Assembly: GCA_964651135.1 (NCBI GenBank)
Contig: CAZYYK010000002.1
Location: 15,669-39,668 of the forward strand
Source of the DNA: an uncultured Gammaproteobacteria bacterium
GTDB lineage: Bacteria > Cyanobacteriota > Vampirovibrionia > Gastranaerophilales > Gastranaerophilaceae
DNA length: 24,000 nucleotides
Direction: 5' to 3'
Shown: one piece after another, positions 1-7,941 of the stretch
Layout: each line of letters opens with the position of its first letter
Numbering within the stretch: position 1 is the first letter of the stretch
Notes under the pieces: generated by a model
Seen by the model: the letters and a program-made list of their open reading frames with translations, nothing else
Databases searched by the model: none
What the model was told of the DNA's origin: nothing
Translations under genes and position numbers: made by a program

Positions 1-234
1 ATCAATCAGGGCTCCTACTACTCCTCTCTCTACTCTGGGAATTGCAACCCAATATCTTTCCCAGCAGATGGCTTGGTTGAATCTAAGTAGGGGGATTTCA
101 TAGACTACATCTTCTTTGTATTTTATAAGGATTGCTTCCCCGTCTGATTCTGTACTGAATTCATCTAAAGAGCTCACCTCGGTTTCAAACTCCTCTAAGG
201 TTAAGGTTCTAACAGTATTATTCATCTTTTGCAT
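1..234 (-). CDS. hypothetical protein, partial (C-terminal part lies beyond the left window edge)
   Basis: The reverse-strand frame is open from ATG 234..232 to position 1 with no stop (78 codons, MQKMNNTVRTLTLEEFETEV...). A second in-frame ATG at 225..223 lies 9 nt after GAGGAG at 240..235. The ORF is absent from the track because it has no stop inside the window. Confidence 0.4.
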   Translation of the reverse strand, partial: MQKMNNTVRTLTLEEFETEVSSLDEFSTESDGEAILIKYKEDVVYEIPLLRFNQAICWERYWVAIPRVERGVVGALID

Positions 235-263
235 CTCCTCTGCTTCAATTCTCTTTAGCGCTC

Positions 264-314
264 TTTTCTTATTCATCCTTTTCTTATTCATCCTTTTCTT
301 ATTCATCCTTTTCT
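264..314. repeat. 15-bp tandem repeat TTCTTATTCATCCTT, about 3.3 copies
   Basis: Perfect copies lie at 266-280, 281-295 and 296-310, followed by a partial fourth copy. On the minus strand each copy reads GAA AAG GAT GAA TAA, so each carries an in-frame stop. Confidence 0.9.
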
Positions 315-517
315 CCTTTCCTTGTCTTTCTTACTACTCTCTCTCCTGTGTCTCTATCCACTTCATACCCCATTCTATAAGTCCATAGGGAGCAATCAGT
401 TAGGTCACATAATTCTACTTCTTTTCTCTGCTGGCAAGTACAGTCTAAGCATTTGGCTCTAATGGCTTGGGCTCTGGTTAATCTCCTGCTTTTCTTAGGG
501 GTTGTTTTCTTTGTCAT
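299..517 (-). CDS. small basic Cys-rich (zinc-ribbon-like) protein, function unknown
   Basis: The 72-aa ORF has a basic N-terminus followed by the Cys cluster KCLDCTCQQRKEVELCDLTDCSLW. Its TAA stop (301..299) lies inside the tandem repeat. Confidence 0.5.
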   Translation of the reverse strand: MTKKTTPKKSRRLTRAQAIRAKCLDCTCQQRKEVELCDLTDCSLWTYRMGYEVDRDTGERVVRKTRKGEKDE

Positions 518-532
518 AATATCTCCCTTTAT

Positions 533-1210
533 TTATTTTGCTTCATCACAGTAAATTTTATATCTACAGTATCTACAATTGGATGAACTGGGTTCTGCTA
601 TCGGTTCTTTGTTTAGAGCAAAAGCCTGCTCTGCAATCTGGATTCTTTTTAGGATGATATCTTTTTGTTCCTCTGTAGGTTCAAACACATAGGCTTTCTT
701 TAGGCATCTATCCCTGTTCTCATAGAGGAACATAACCTTAGGGATTCCAAAAGCGATAGAGTAGACGGTTGCTTGGTCATAATGGTCGGGGTCTACCTCT
801 TTTCTCCTATCCCATTTCGTGGAGGTCTCTGTCTTTATCTCTAAGATAAATAACTCATCCATAAATTCAATGATGCCATCACAACGAAAGGATAGGTGTC
901 TTTCTTTATCAAATAACTGTAGCTCCAGTCCTTCTCTGTCTCTGATTTCTAAATGGTCTAAGTTATTCTCTCCAATAAACTTCTCCACATCCACCCATTT
1001 AATCTTTTTAGACTGGGCAATCTGATGTTGTAACCTGTCATGCCTATCTGTGCCACTCTCTGTAATTCCAATCATATGATGCTCTCTTGGAGTGGGGTCA
1101 GTCTCATACCCACTTCTTTTGTAGAACATATTCCTTGCACATTTCATAGAGGAAGGGGCATAGGCTATGGAGGGTATCCTTAGTACATCTTGCTCCTGAA
1201 TACTTTCCAT
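533..1210 (-). CDS. PD-(D/E)XK nuclease, Cas4/RecB-like with 4-Cys cluster
   Basis: DGIIEF..ELFILEIKT fits the D...(D/E)xK core. One N-terminal Cys (SSMKCARN) plus the C-terminal CRYCRYKIYC matches the Cas4/AddB-type Fe-S Cys arrangement. The gene sits in the replication/recombination module. There is no Shine-Dalgarno before the ATG at 1210 (see finding). Confidence 0.7.
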   Translation of the reverse strand: MESIQEQDVLRIPSIAYAPSSMKCARNMFYKRSGYETDPTPREHHMIGITESGTDRHDRLQHQIAQSKKIKWVDVEKFIGENNLDHLEIRDREGLELQLFDKERHLSFRCDGIIEFMDELFILEIKTETSTKWDRRKEVDPDHYDQATVYSIAFGIPKVMFLYENRDRCLKKAYVFEPTEEQKDIILKRIQIAEQAFALNKEPIAEPSSSNCRYCRYKIYCDEAK

Positions 1211-1357
1211 GAGGGTTGAAAGAAAACTATATGCATATCCTCCTCTGGTTTGCTTGTCCTTTCTCTCTTCCCTCCATTCTCCATACCCCTCTTCAGTAGT
1301 TTTATCCTGAAGTTGTTTGATTATATCTCTTGGTTTAGCTATGTCAATACATCTCCT

Positions 1358-2407
1358 TTACTTTTCTCTTACACCCATCACGACTATCTTCACTGTCTCA
1401 TCTTTATTGTAAGCAAATAACATATCTTGATGTATCAGAATATAGATATCTTCTTCTAATTCATCTAAGAAAGAGATGAAGGTCTTTAGATGCTCTGTGG
1501 CAAATGTAGCTTGCACTTCTTCTCCCTCTCCCCTTATATCTATCTCCCTACATCCATTCTGTGCTAATAACTCCAGTCTATAAGGCGTTCTGTTGAACGA
1601 TAGGACTTCAGGAGTGTTGTAGGTCATCTCAGAAATTGCGTCTCTTAACTCGGTGCTACTGACCTCCCAGAAGCCTTCTTTAGATAAGAAAACATTCTCA
1701 ATATCCTGATAAGGGTAGTCTTTGGTAGGGTAGTTCCCACAATAGATAGAAGTATCTTCATGATTGATAGATAAAATACTCTCTGCATATTGTAAAATCT
1801 TTTCATCCCCTAAGAATGATTTCCCAATTTGATGGGGGATAAGAAAGCTCTTTGAGATAGGATTGTCCAACATCACCTTAGCAATGATGTAATTGTTCGT
1901 TGCATACACCCCCTCATTCGATACAAAAAGATTATTTAATTGGGGGATAGGAGAATCTGATAATTGTAATAGCTTAGGTAATAGTTTTTGATTCCTCCCA
2001 CTCTCTAATGATAGGTCTGCAATCTCCTTTATCTCCCCCTCTTTAGGGATAGGGGTTGCAGGTACAAATTCATTCCCTGTATCTACATAAGCAGGAAATT
2101 CATGAGAGCTACTTCCTGTCTTTAGAGTAATAAACCCTGTCTTATAACTAAGGGTAATCTCTTTGCTCTTTAGTTTTCTAAGAAGGGCTGTGAAGTCTTT
2201 GAAGTTAATTGATACGCTGGCTTCCCCTTCAAAAGGAATGTCAGCTAAGAAGATGGAGGTAACCTCTTGGTTGGTTACAGAAAACTTTACTCTTCCTTCT
2301 CCTCCCTCTATACCCAACATTTCTGCAATGGGGAGGAAAGAGAAAGTCTTAACAGAAATACTATCTCCTAATATTTTTAATTGTTTTACTAAATCATTTG
2401 CTTTCAT
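1358..2407 (-). CDS. putative DNA sliding clamp (DnaN-like), weak assignment
   Basis: The 349-aa size and the position between the polymerase and nuclease genes fit a clamp. The N-terminal region (FSFLPIAEMLGIEGGEGRVKFSVTNQEVTSIF ... FKDFTALLRKL) loosely resembles the first domain of beta clamps. The call rests on weak similarity only. Confidence 0.4.
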   Translation of the reverse strand: MKANDLVKQLKILGDSISVKTFSFLPIAEMLGIEGGEGRVKFSVTNQEVTSIFLADIPFEGEASVSINFKDFTALLRKLKSKEITLSYKTGFITLKTGSSSHEFPAYVDTGNEFVPATPIPKEGEIKEIADLSLESGRNQKLLPKLLQLSDSPIPQLNNLFVSNEGVYATNNYIIAKVMLDNPISKSFLIPHQIGKSFLGDEKILQYAESILSINHEDTSIYCGNYPTKDYPYQDIENVFLSKEGFWEVSSTELRDAISEMTYNTPEVLSFNRTPYRLELLAQNGCREIDIRGEGEEVQATFATEHLKTFISFLDELEEDIYILIHQDMLFAYNKDETVKIVVMGVREK

Positions 2408-2420
2408 CTATCTTTCCTCT

Positions 2421-2684
2421 CTAAGAAATAAAGTAATCGGGTTCAGAAGTCATATCCGTTATCTCTATCACCCCTATCTTGATACCCTGTCTCTCTATCT
2501 CTTTTGCCATTACAGATGTGTACAGTAGAGCTTGCTCAAAATCCATACATTCTACATTTTCCCATGAGTGAGTAACATATTCATCTGTGTCATCTCCCTC
2601 ATCAACAAATACCTGTATCCAATAGTCTTTCGTGGTTTTTATCTCTTGCGCTAATCTATTCTTTTTCAACCTTTTTCTATCCAT
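2421..2684 (-). CDS. hypothetical protein
   Basis: This 87-aa ORF is tightly packed between the polymerase and clamp-like genes and overlaps the polymerase stop by 8 nt. No motif was recognised. Confidence 0.5.
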   Translation of the reverse strand: MDRKRLKKNRLAQEIKTTKDYWIQVFVDEGDDTDEYVTHSWENVECMDFEQALLYTSVMAKEIERQGIKIGVIEITDMTSEPDYFIS

Positions 2685-4890
2685 TTAGTTCTTCCCACAG
2701 CTCATCTGTCATTTCTCCTGTCCATCTACTTTCAATCTCTACATCCACTGAGATGTCCATATCCATTTCTTTCCCTGAAGCTATCATACATTCTTCCAAT
2801 ATCTTTGCTCCTTCCTCTGCATATTCAATAGGAATCTGGGCTAAGATTTCATCATGGATAGGAAGAATAACTCTCCCACCAATCTCTCTAAATCTTTCAT
2901 TCTCATCAATGAGAAGTAAAGCAATCTTTGTCATATACGCAGCTGTTCCTTGGACAATGGAGTTAACACATTGTCTCTCTGCTTTTGCAATGTATCCAGA
3001 ATTGTCTTTAATTATCCACCCAGCATCACTGGCTTCTTCTATTAGTTTGTCCATCTTTATCTTCTTTTCACTAAAGGGTTCTCTGGCATTTTGAATCCGA
3101 TAATATCTCTTCTCCCAATACTGTCTGGTCTCAAAATCCGATTCCCCTTTCTTCTTTCTAATGGAAACTCTGGGCAAATTAATATCTGGCAATCTTCTCT
3201 TACTGCCTACATATGTATTAACATACCCGTATTGCTTTGCATGGTTAATAGAATCTTCCATGAAACTCTTTAGTTCGGGAAAGGCATCCATTACCTTGTC
3301 ATAAATATCTTGGGCTGTGTCTCTGCTAATTCCTAAGTCTTGTCCGATGGATGTAACTCCCTTACCAAACATAATACCCAATACTACTGCCTTTGCATTA
3401 CTTCTTCTTTCCTTCCCATCTGAAGTGTCGTCTAAACAATCTTCATAAGGAACTCCGTAAGCTAAGGATGCCATGGCTGAGTAGATATCTTTCCCTTCTC
3501 TAAAGGCTTCTAACATTTTCTCATCCTTCGACACATAAGCTGCAACCACCATCTCTTGCTTAGAGTAGTCACCAGAAATAAAGATATGATTTTCATCTGG
3601 AATTAAGGTCTTTCTGATAAACTTATCATGGCTGGGAATCTGCTGTAGGTTAGGGTCTTTGGAACTAAATCGCATGGTAACAGTTCCTGTAGGGTTCAGG
3701 CTAGTATGAAGTTTCCCATCTGTGCTAATCATCTCTGGTAGCTTCTCAATGAAGTTTTGTACTAAGGTAGTGTACCTTTTATATTCTAAAAGGGCTCGGG
3801 TGAAGGGAGTGCCTAAGCTCTCTAACACAAACTTATCTGTGCTTCTGGGTTTCTTTTTTGTTAGTGTATGCTTGTACTCCATAATATCATACATCAATAC
3901 TGCTAACTGTTCAGATGAATTGAAGTTAATCTCTTTGTCTAATTTCCCTTCCTCTTTCTTTTTCTCTATTTCTTCCTTGAAGGGGTAAAGAGATTCTAAT
4001 ATCTCTTCTTCGTGTCTTTTTATATTGGCTGTGTAAACATCTAAAATCTTTTGGTTTAACTCATAGTCAATATTAAATCCCACATCCTCCATCTTAGATA
4101 CAATATTTAATACAGGCATCTCTATATTCCAGAATACTTTTCCTACTTGCTGTAGGTCTTTTTTATTAAAGAATGGACGCTGAAACTCATACAACTTATA
4201 GGTCATATAAGGGTCATGAGCGGCATAGTACCTCATATTCTCAATGGGAATTAAGTTTACTGGGATGTTCTTGAATAAATCCTTAAAGTAAATGGGGTCT
4301 CCTTTTCCCTCACAAAACTCATCATACAAATCCTTTAAGCTATTGCTCTTTTGGTTCTCATTCAACATCCTCATAGCCGTATAGGTGTCATAGTATGCTT
4401 CTAAATCTACGCCAAATGTATGCCTAATAAATCTGGTATCAAATGTAGTGTTATGGAAGATGAGTTTCTCTTTTGAAATGGAGGAGAAGAAACGGGCAAC
4501 CTCTTCTTCAGATAATTGCCCGTCAATTCTTTCCTGTGTAATGTAACTAATGTGATTGACAGGGATGTAAACTGGGGGCAAGGTTGGGGTATACAAACCG
4601 GAGCCTACCACTTTATCACTAATGGGGTCTAATCCTGTGGTCTCAGTATCCAGTGCGGCAATTCCATTACTCTTAATCTCATTTGCATACTTTGTTAGTT
4701 CTTCTACATCTGTTATTAATCCGTAATCATACCCTTTCTCTTCTAAAATAGAATCCTTACTTCTTAACTCGTCCAGTGCTTTTAAGAAAGCATTAGACTT
4801 TACTGTCGGTTGAGATTTCTTCCTCTCTTGCTTTAGTTTGTCTAATACATCTTTGGAGTTTCTTCTTTCTAAACTAAAAAATCCCGTCAA
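2677..4890 (-). CDS. family A DNA polymerase with 3'-5' exonuclease domain
   Basis: Exo motifs are ALDTETTGLDP (ExoI), HNTTFDTRFI (ExoII) and YAAHDPYMTYKLY (ExoIII). Polymerase motifs are A ISGDYSKQEMVVAA, B RSNAKAVVLGIMFGKG and C LPIHDEILAQ. The start is TTG at 4890..4888, 8 nt after GGAAAGGGGGA. Confidence 0.93.
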   Translation of the reverse strand: MTGFFSLERRNSKDVLDKLKQERKKSQPTVKSNAFLKALDELRSKDSILEEKGYDYGLITDVEELTKYANEIKSNGIAALDTETTGLDPISDKVVGSGLYTPTLPPVYIPVNHISYITQERIDGQLSEEEVARFFSSISKEKLIFHNTTFDTRFIRHTFGVDLEAYYDTYTAMRMLNENQKSNSLKDLYDEFCEGKGDPIYFKDLFKNIPVNLIPIENMRYYAAHDPYMTYKLYEFQRPFFNKKDLQQVGKVFWNIEMPVLNIVSKMEDVGFNIDYELNQKILDVYTANIKRHEEEILESLYPFKEEIEKKKEEGKLDKEINFNSSEQLAVLMYDIMEYKHTLTKKKPRSTDKFVLESLGTPFTRALLEYKRYTTLVQNFIEKLPEMISTDGKLHTSLNPTGTVTMRFSSKDPNLQQIPSHDKFIRKTLIPDENHIFISGDYSKQEMVVAAYVSKDEKMLEAFREGKDIYSAMASLAYGVPYEDCLDDTSDGKERRSNAKAVVLGIMFGKGVTSIGQDLGISRDTAQDIYDKVMDAFPELKSFMEDSINHAKQYGYVNTYVGSKRRLPDINLPRVSIRKKKGESDFETRQYWEKRYYRIQNAREPFSEKKIKMDKLIEEASDAGWIIKDNSGYIAKAERQCVNSIVQGTAAYMTKIALLLIDENERFREIGGRVILPIHDEILAQIPIEYAEEGAKILEECMIASGKEMDMDISVDVEIESRWTGEMTDELWEELNG

Positions 4891-4913
4891 TCACATCATC
4901 CCCCTTTCCTTAG

Positions 4914-4942
4914 ATGATATCACACTTTCATTCTTTTGTCAA
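4914..4942 (-). promoter_or_regulatory. sigma-A-type promoter upstream of the DNA polymerase gene
   Basis: The minus strand reads TTGACA (4942..4937), a 17-nt spacer ending in TGTGA, then TATCAT (4919..4914). It belongs to the same family as the promoters at 10664, 15495 and 18446. Confidence 0.5.
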
Positions 4943-4945
4943 TTA

Positions 4946-5593
4946 TTAAAATCTGGGTCTACGTGTAGGTTCCTCTTCTGCATCTTCTTTTTCCCATCTT
5001 TGTTGCTCAGGGTTTCTTTCGATAGCAGCTACCATAGCATTAGCATCCATATGCCACACAGGAGAACCTTGTTTATCTAAAGAGATAACAGAATCTTTGT
5101 GCTCTGTCATATCTTTTTTATTCTCCCCTACTTTGTCAAACACATAGGTAGTTCTCTTATTTCCCTTTCGCCCATGTCTAGTGATTTCATAGGTGACTTT
5201 GGTGAGGTCTCCTTCTTTCTTCATCTCATCAATCAAGTTCAGATACCACTCATTCATCCCCCGCTCCCATACCTCTACTTGTTCTGTGTCATGGTTGTAG
5301 AGGTTAATGAAGATACGGTTGGTTGTAATGATTTCATCTTCACACATGGGGCAATCATCAATCGAATCTTCCCGCAAGCAATCTACTTTAGAGGGGAATT
5401 TGGACTTCTCATACTTGAATAGGTGGACTCGTCTGGTGCTTTCTCCAATCTCATCTTCATTGGAGTAGAGAAAAGTCACTTTCGCTTTGTCTTTATCGTC
5501 TACTAAGCGAAAGTAATTAATCTTTGGTCTCTCGTCATCTACAGCATCAGGGTCTACCATTCTTTTAAGAAATTTATCACTAATCTTTGCCAT
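4946..5593 (-). CDS. putative single-stranded DNA-binding protein (Zn-finger, gp32-like), weak assignment
   Basis: The 215-aa ORF has the Cys cluster VDCLREDSIDDCPMCED and a C-terminal acidic segment (WEKEDAEEE) ending in PRF. It sits between the primase/helicase block and the polymerase gene. Confidence 0.4.
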   Translation of the reverse strand: MAKISDKFLKRMVDPDAVDDERPKINYFRLVDDKDKAKVTFLYSNEDEIGESTRRVHLFKYEKSKFPSKVDCLREDSIDDCPMCEDEIITTNRIFINLYNHDTEQVEVWERGMNEWYLNLIDEMKKEGDLTKVTYEITRHGRKGNKRTTYVFDKVGENKKDMTEHKDSVISLDKQGSPVWHMDANAMVAAIERNPEQQRWEKEDAEEEPTRRPRF

Positions 5594-5596
5594 ATT

Positions 5597-6496
5597 CTAT
5601 ACCTCTCTTTTTATAATTCTTCTTTTAGTTTCTTTGTTTTCAAATCTCTGCTTTTCAAACTCTTCTTCTGTAATACCTTTCGGTAGTTCATCTAACTCTT
5701 CATCTTCTGCTTTCTCTCCTACTACTTCATCAGGCTTAATTAATCTTGGCTGTCTTGGTATCATAGGAACAAATGTTTCCTTCTTGGGGTTCCATTCACA
5801 AAATAACCCATCAATGTAAATCTTGGTCTTTCTTTCTTCTAAGGCTTTTTTCTCCACTAACTTTTCATCATACCTCATACGACCAGTCAACCATTCATCC
5901 CTCTTGATTCGATATAATTGTCTTTCCCTTAGTTTTTGTAATCTTTTCCTCTCTTCCGCTATTGTTAATTCAATCAACCTCTTCATTCTTGATGGGGAAG
6001 GTGCAAGGAATCGATAACGCATATAGTAGAAGCCCCTTTTGGTTCTTCTAAAGTTCATAATCCTTTTTCCAGAGGGGGTTTTATAGAGCGTTCGGTATCT
6101 TTTGTCTTGCTCATTAAGCTTCTTCCATGTATCTTTATGAATCAGAACCTCTAAGTAATCTCCCTTAACAGTTCTGATAGCAAATAGAGCTCTGGTAGAT
6201 GCTGGGAAGTGTACATGGACTGCTTGCTTCTCTAAGATTGTGAAATTATCCCACAACCACGTATAGTAAACATCCTCATGTAGCCACCCTTTCCGATTTT
6301 TTAATTCATCAGGTGGTACATCATTTGTTATCCTTAATTCTAATCCGTATTCTTTACATAGTTTTACAAAATATTGTAAAGCCTCTTTTGTGTCAACTCT
6401 TTTTACATTTTTATTCCTCCTTACTGGGTCAGGGGGCACACCCTCCTCAATATCCCCCAGTAATTTTCTCAAAGACATAGATACTATTTTTATCAC
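5597..6496 (-). CDS. hypothetical basic protein (replication-module member)
   Basis: This 299-aa ORF has a GTG start at 6496..6494 after AGGAAAG. It is very Lys/Arg-rich with a coiled-coil-like C-terminal half. No motif was recognised. Confidence 0.5.
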   Translation of the reverse strand: MIKIVSMSLRKLLGDIEEGVPPDPVRRNKNVKRVDTKEALQYFVKLCKEYGLELRITNDVPPDELKNRKGWLHEDVYYTWLWDNFTILEKQAVHVHFPASTRALFAIRTVKGDYLEVLIHKDTWKKLNEQDKRYRTLYKTPSGKRIMNFRRTKRGFYYMRYRFLAPSPSRMKRLIELTIAEERKRLQKLRERQLYRIKRDEWLTGRMRYDEKLVEKKALEERKTKIYIDGLFCEWNPKKETFVPMIPRQPRLIKPDEVVGEKAEDEELDELPKGITEEEFEKQRFENKETKRRIIKREV

Positions 6497-6512
6497 CCCC
6501 TATCTTTCCTAC

Positions 6513-6541
6513 AGTTTACCACATCTTTTATGAAATTGCAA
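6513..6541 (-). promoter_or_regulatory. candidate sigma-A-type promoter for the 5597..6496 operon
   Basis: The minus strand reads TTGCAA (6541..6536), a 17-nt spacer ending in TGTGG, then TAAACT (6518..6513). A degenerate CACACT box lies upstream. Confidence 0.4.
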
Positions 6542-6575
6542 ATATTATAGTGTGATAGAGTATTTTGTTATTTAT

Positions 6576-7496
6576 TTACCAGATTTTCTCTATTGGTTTG
6601 TTAGGGTAGATTTCATGTGCAACAAAATGCCTATGAATATCAATGTCTAACATCTCACCCACATCTTTGAAGGGGTGTGGGGCAGATAATTTCTTGACAT
6701 ACTTCTTATGGGAGATGGCTTGCTGAAGTTTTTCTGCTGCCTTACTTCCAGCTTCATCATTGTCTAAGCAGATATTAATTAATCTGTGATGGGAGTTCGC
6801 AAGATACTCTTCTTGTTCTTTGCTTCCCACCCCCTGTAAAGCTATGGCTGGGTAGCCCACAGACCACAGTCTTAGGGCGTCAAAATACCCTTCCACTACA
6901 GTAATTTCTTTTTCATCCCTTACTTGGTATTCCCCAAATGAAATTTTAGGTACAGAAAAATCATAAGGTGTCCTGAAATAGAATTTCTTAGAATCGATTC
7001 TTCTAACCCCATAACTAATCAATTGTCCAAACTGATTGACATTGGGGAAAATAACTTCTCTATCTGTTTCCACAATATAGAATTGATTAAATACTTCTTC
7101 TGTTACTCCCCTGAGATAGCAGTAGGTTTTTTCGTAATTGAATTCTAACTTATCCCTCTCTTGAATGAACTCTTGGATAGTTTTATATTCAGGTCGGAAA
7201 AACCCTCTCTGTAATTGGGCAAAATCTTTTAGTAAGTCTAAGTTCCATCTCCCTAATTCTTGGGCTTTATAGGATTCTTTTTCTTCTGCTGTTAGAAAAT
7301 CTGTGATATGTCCTTTAGCTTGACAGGTAAAGCAATGATACAGTCCTGTATCTAAATGAACTCCACAGCTAGCATTCTCTTCTTTACCCTCTGCATGATG
7401 GGGGCATTTAATCATTGCATTATTAGATACAATCTTCTCTACAGTAAATTCCAGATATTCAATTAAATCTAAGATGGAGTAGTTACTCAAGTTCAT
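6576..7496 (-). CDS. dnaG: DNA primase (DnaG-type, zinc finger + TOPRIM)
   Basis: The zinc finger reads CPHHAEGKEENASCGV..YHCFTCQAKGH. The TOPRIM motifs are ITVVEGYFDALRLW and CLDNDEAGSKAAEK. Confidence 0.85.
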   Translation of the reverse strand: MNLSNYSILDLIEYLEFTVEKIVSNNAMIKCPHHAEGKEENASCGVHLDTGLYHCFTCQAKGHITDFLTAEEKESYKAQELGRWNLDLLKDFAQLQRGFFRPEYKTIQEFIQERDKLEFNYEKTYCYLRGVTEEVFNQFYIVETDREVIFPNVNQFGQLISYGVRRIDSKKFYFRTPYDFSVPKISFGEYQVRDEKEITVVEGYFDALRLWSVGYPAIALQGVGSKEQEEYLANSHHRLINICLDNDEAGSKAAEKLQQAISHKKYVKKLSAPHPFKDVGEMLDIDIHRHFVAHEIYPNKPIEKIW

Positions 7497-7941
7497 TATC
7501 TTGCTCTCTTTCTAATCTCTCCTTCTCTTCCAATCTTTTTTGTCTTTCTTCTTTGCCTTGATAAAATTGCTGACTTAGGTCATCAGGGATTTCTCCCCTA
7601 TCTATAGCTTCTAAGAATTTATCTTCATCCCCATAGTTCTCTAATACCCATGCTTCAAATAGTAAAACTTCAAACCCACTTCTTACACAATCCCTATGGG
7701 GGCAGTGATGACAGTTAAAATTGCAAGGGGGTCTTATATCTTCTAACCTTGTAGCATAATATCTTTCTGCTTCAAATTCATTTTCAACGGTTTCAAACTG
7801 CTCTCCACATTCTACACAATTCATAACTCTTACATAGCCACGCTTGACAACTCTGGTACGAATTACTTTTGTATCGGGGCTGTCACACTGGGGGCATGGC
7901 ATACTCTCCCTTCTTGTTGTTTTTTTACTCTTCTTACTCAT
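7483..7941 (-). CDS. zinc-ribbon protein with NrdR-like N-terminal finger, no ATP-cone
   Basis: CPQCDSPDTKVIRTRVV...CVECGEQFETVE parallels the NrdR zinc ribbon (CPxCxxxDTKVIDSR...CxxCxxRFTTxE). A second Cys/His cluster is PPCNFNCHHCPHRDC. The ORF is 152 aa. Confidence 0.5.
   Translation of the reverse strand: MSKKSKKTTRRESMPCPQCDSPDTKVIRTRVVKRGYVRVMNCVECGEQFETVENEFEAERYYATRLEDIRPPCNFNCHHCPHRDCVRSGFEVLLFEAWVLENYGDEDKFLEAIDRGEIPDDLSQQFYQGKEERQKRLEEKERLEREQDNELE

Noticed and set aside
6536-6564. Plus-strand promoter using the palindromic TTGCAA at 6536-6541
   Set aside because: There is no acceptable -10 at 16-18 nt spacing (AGTATT or GAGTAT only), and it would point antisense into the primase gene.
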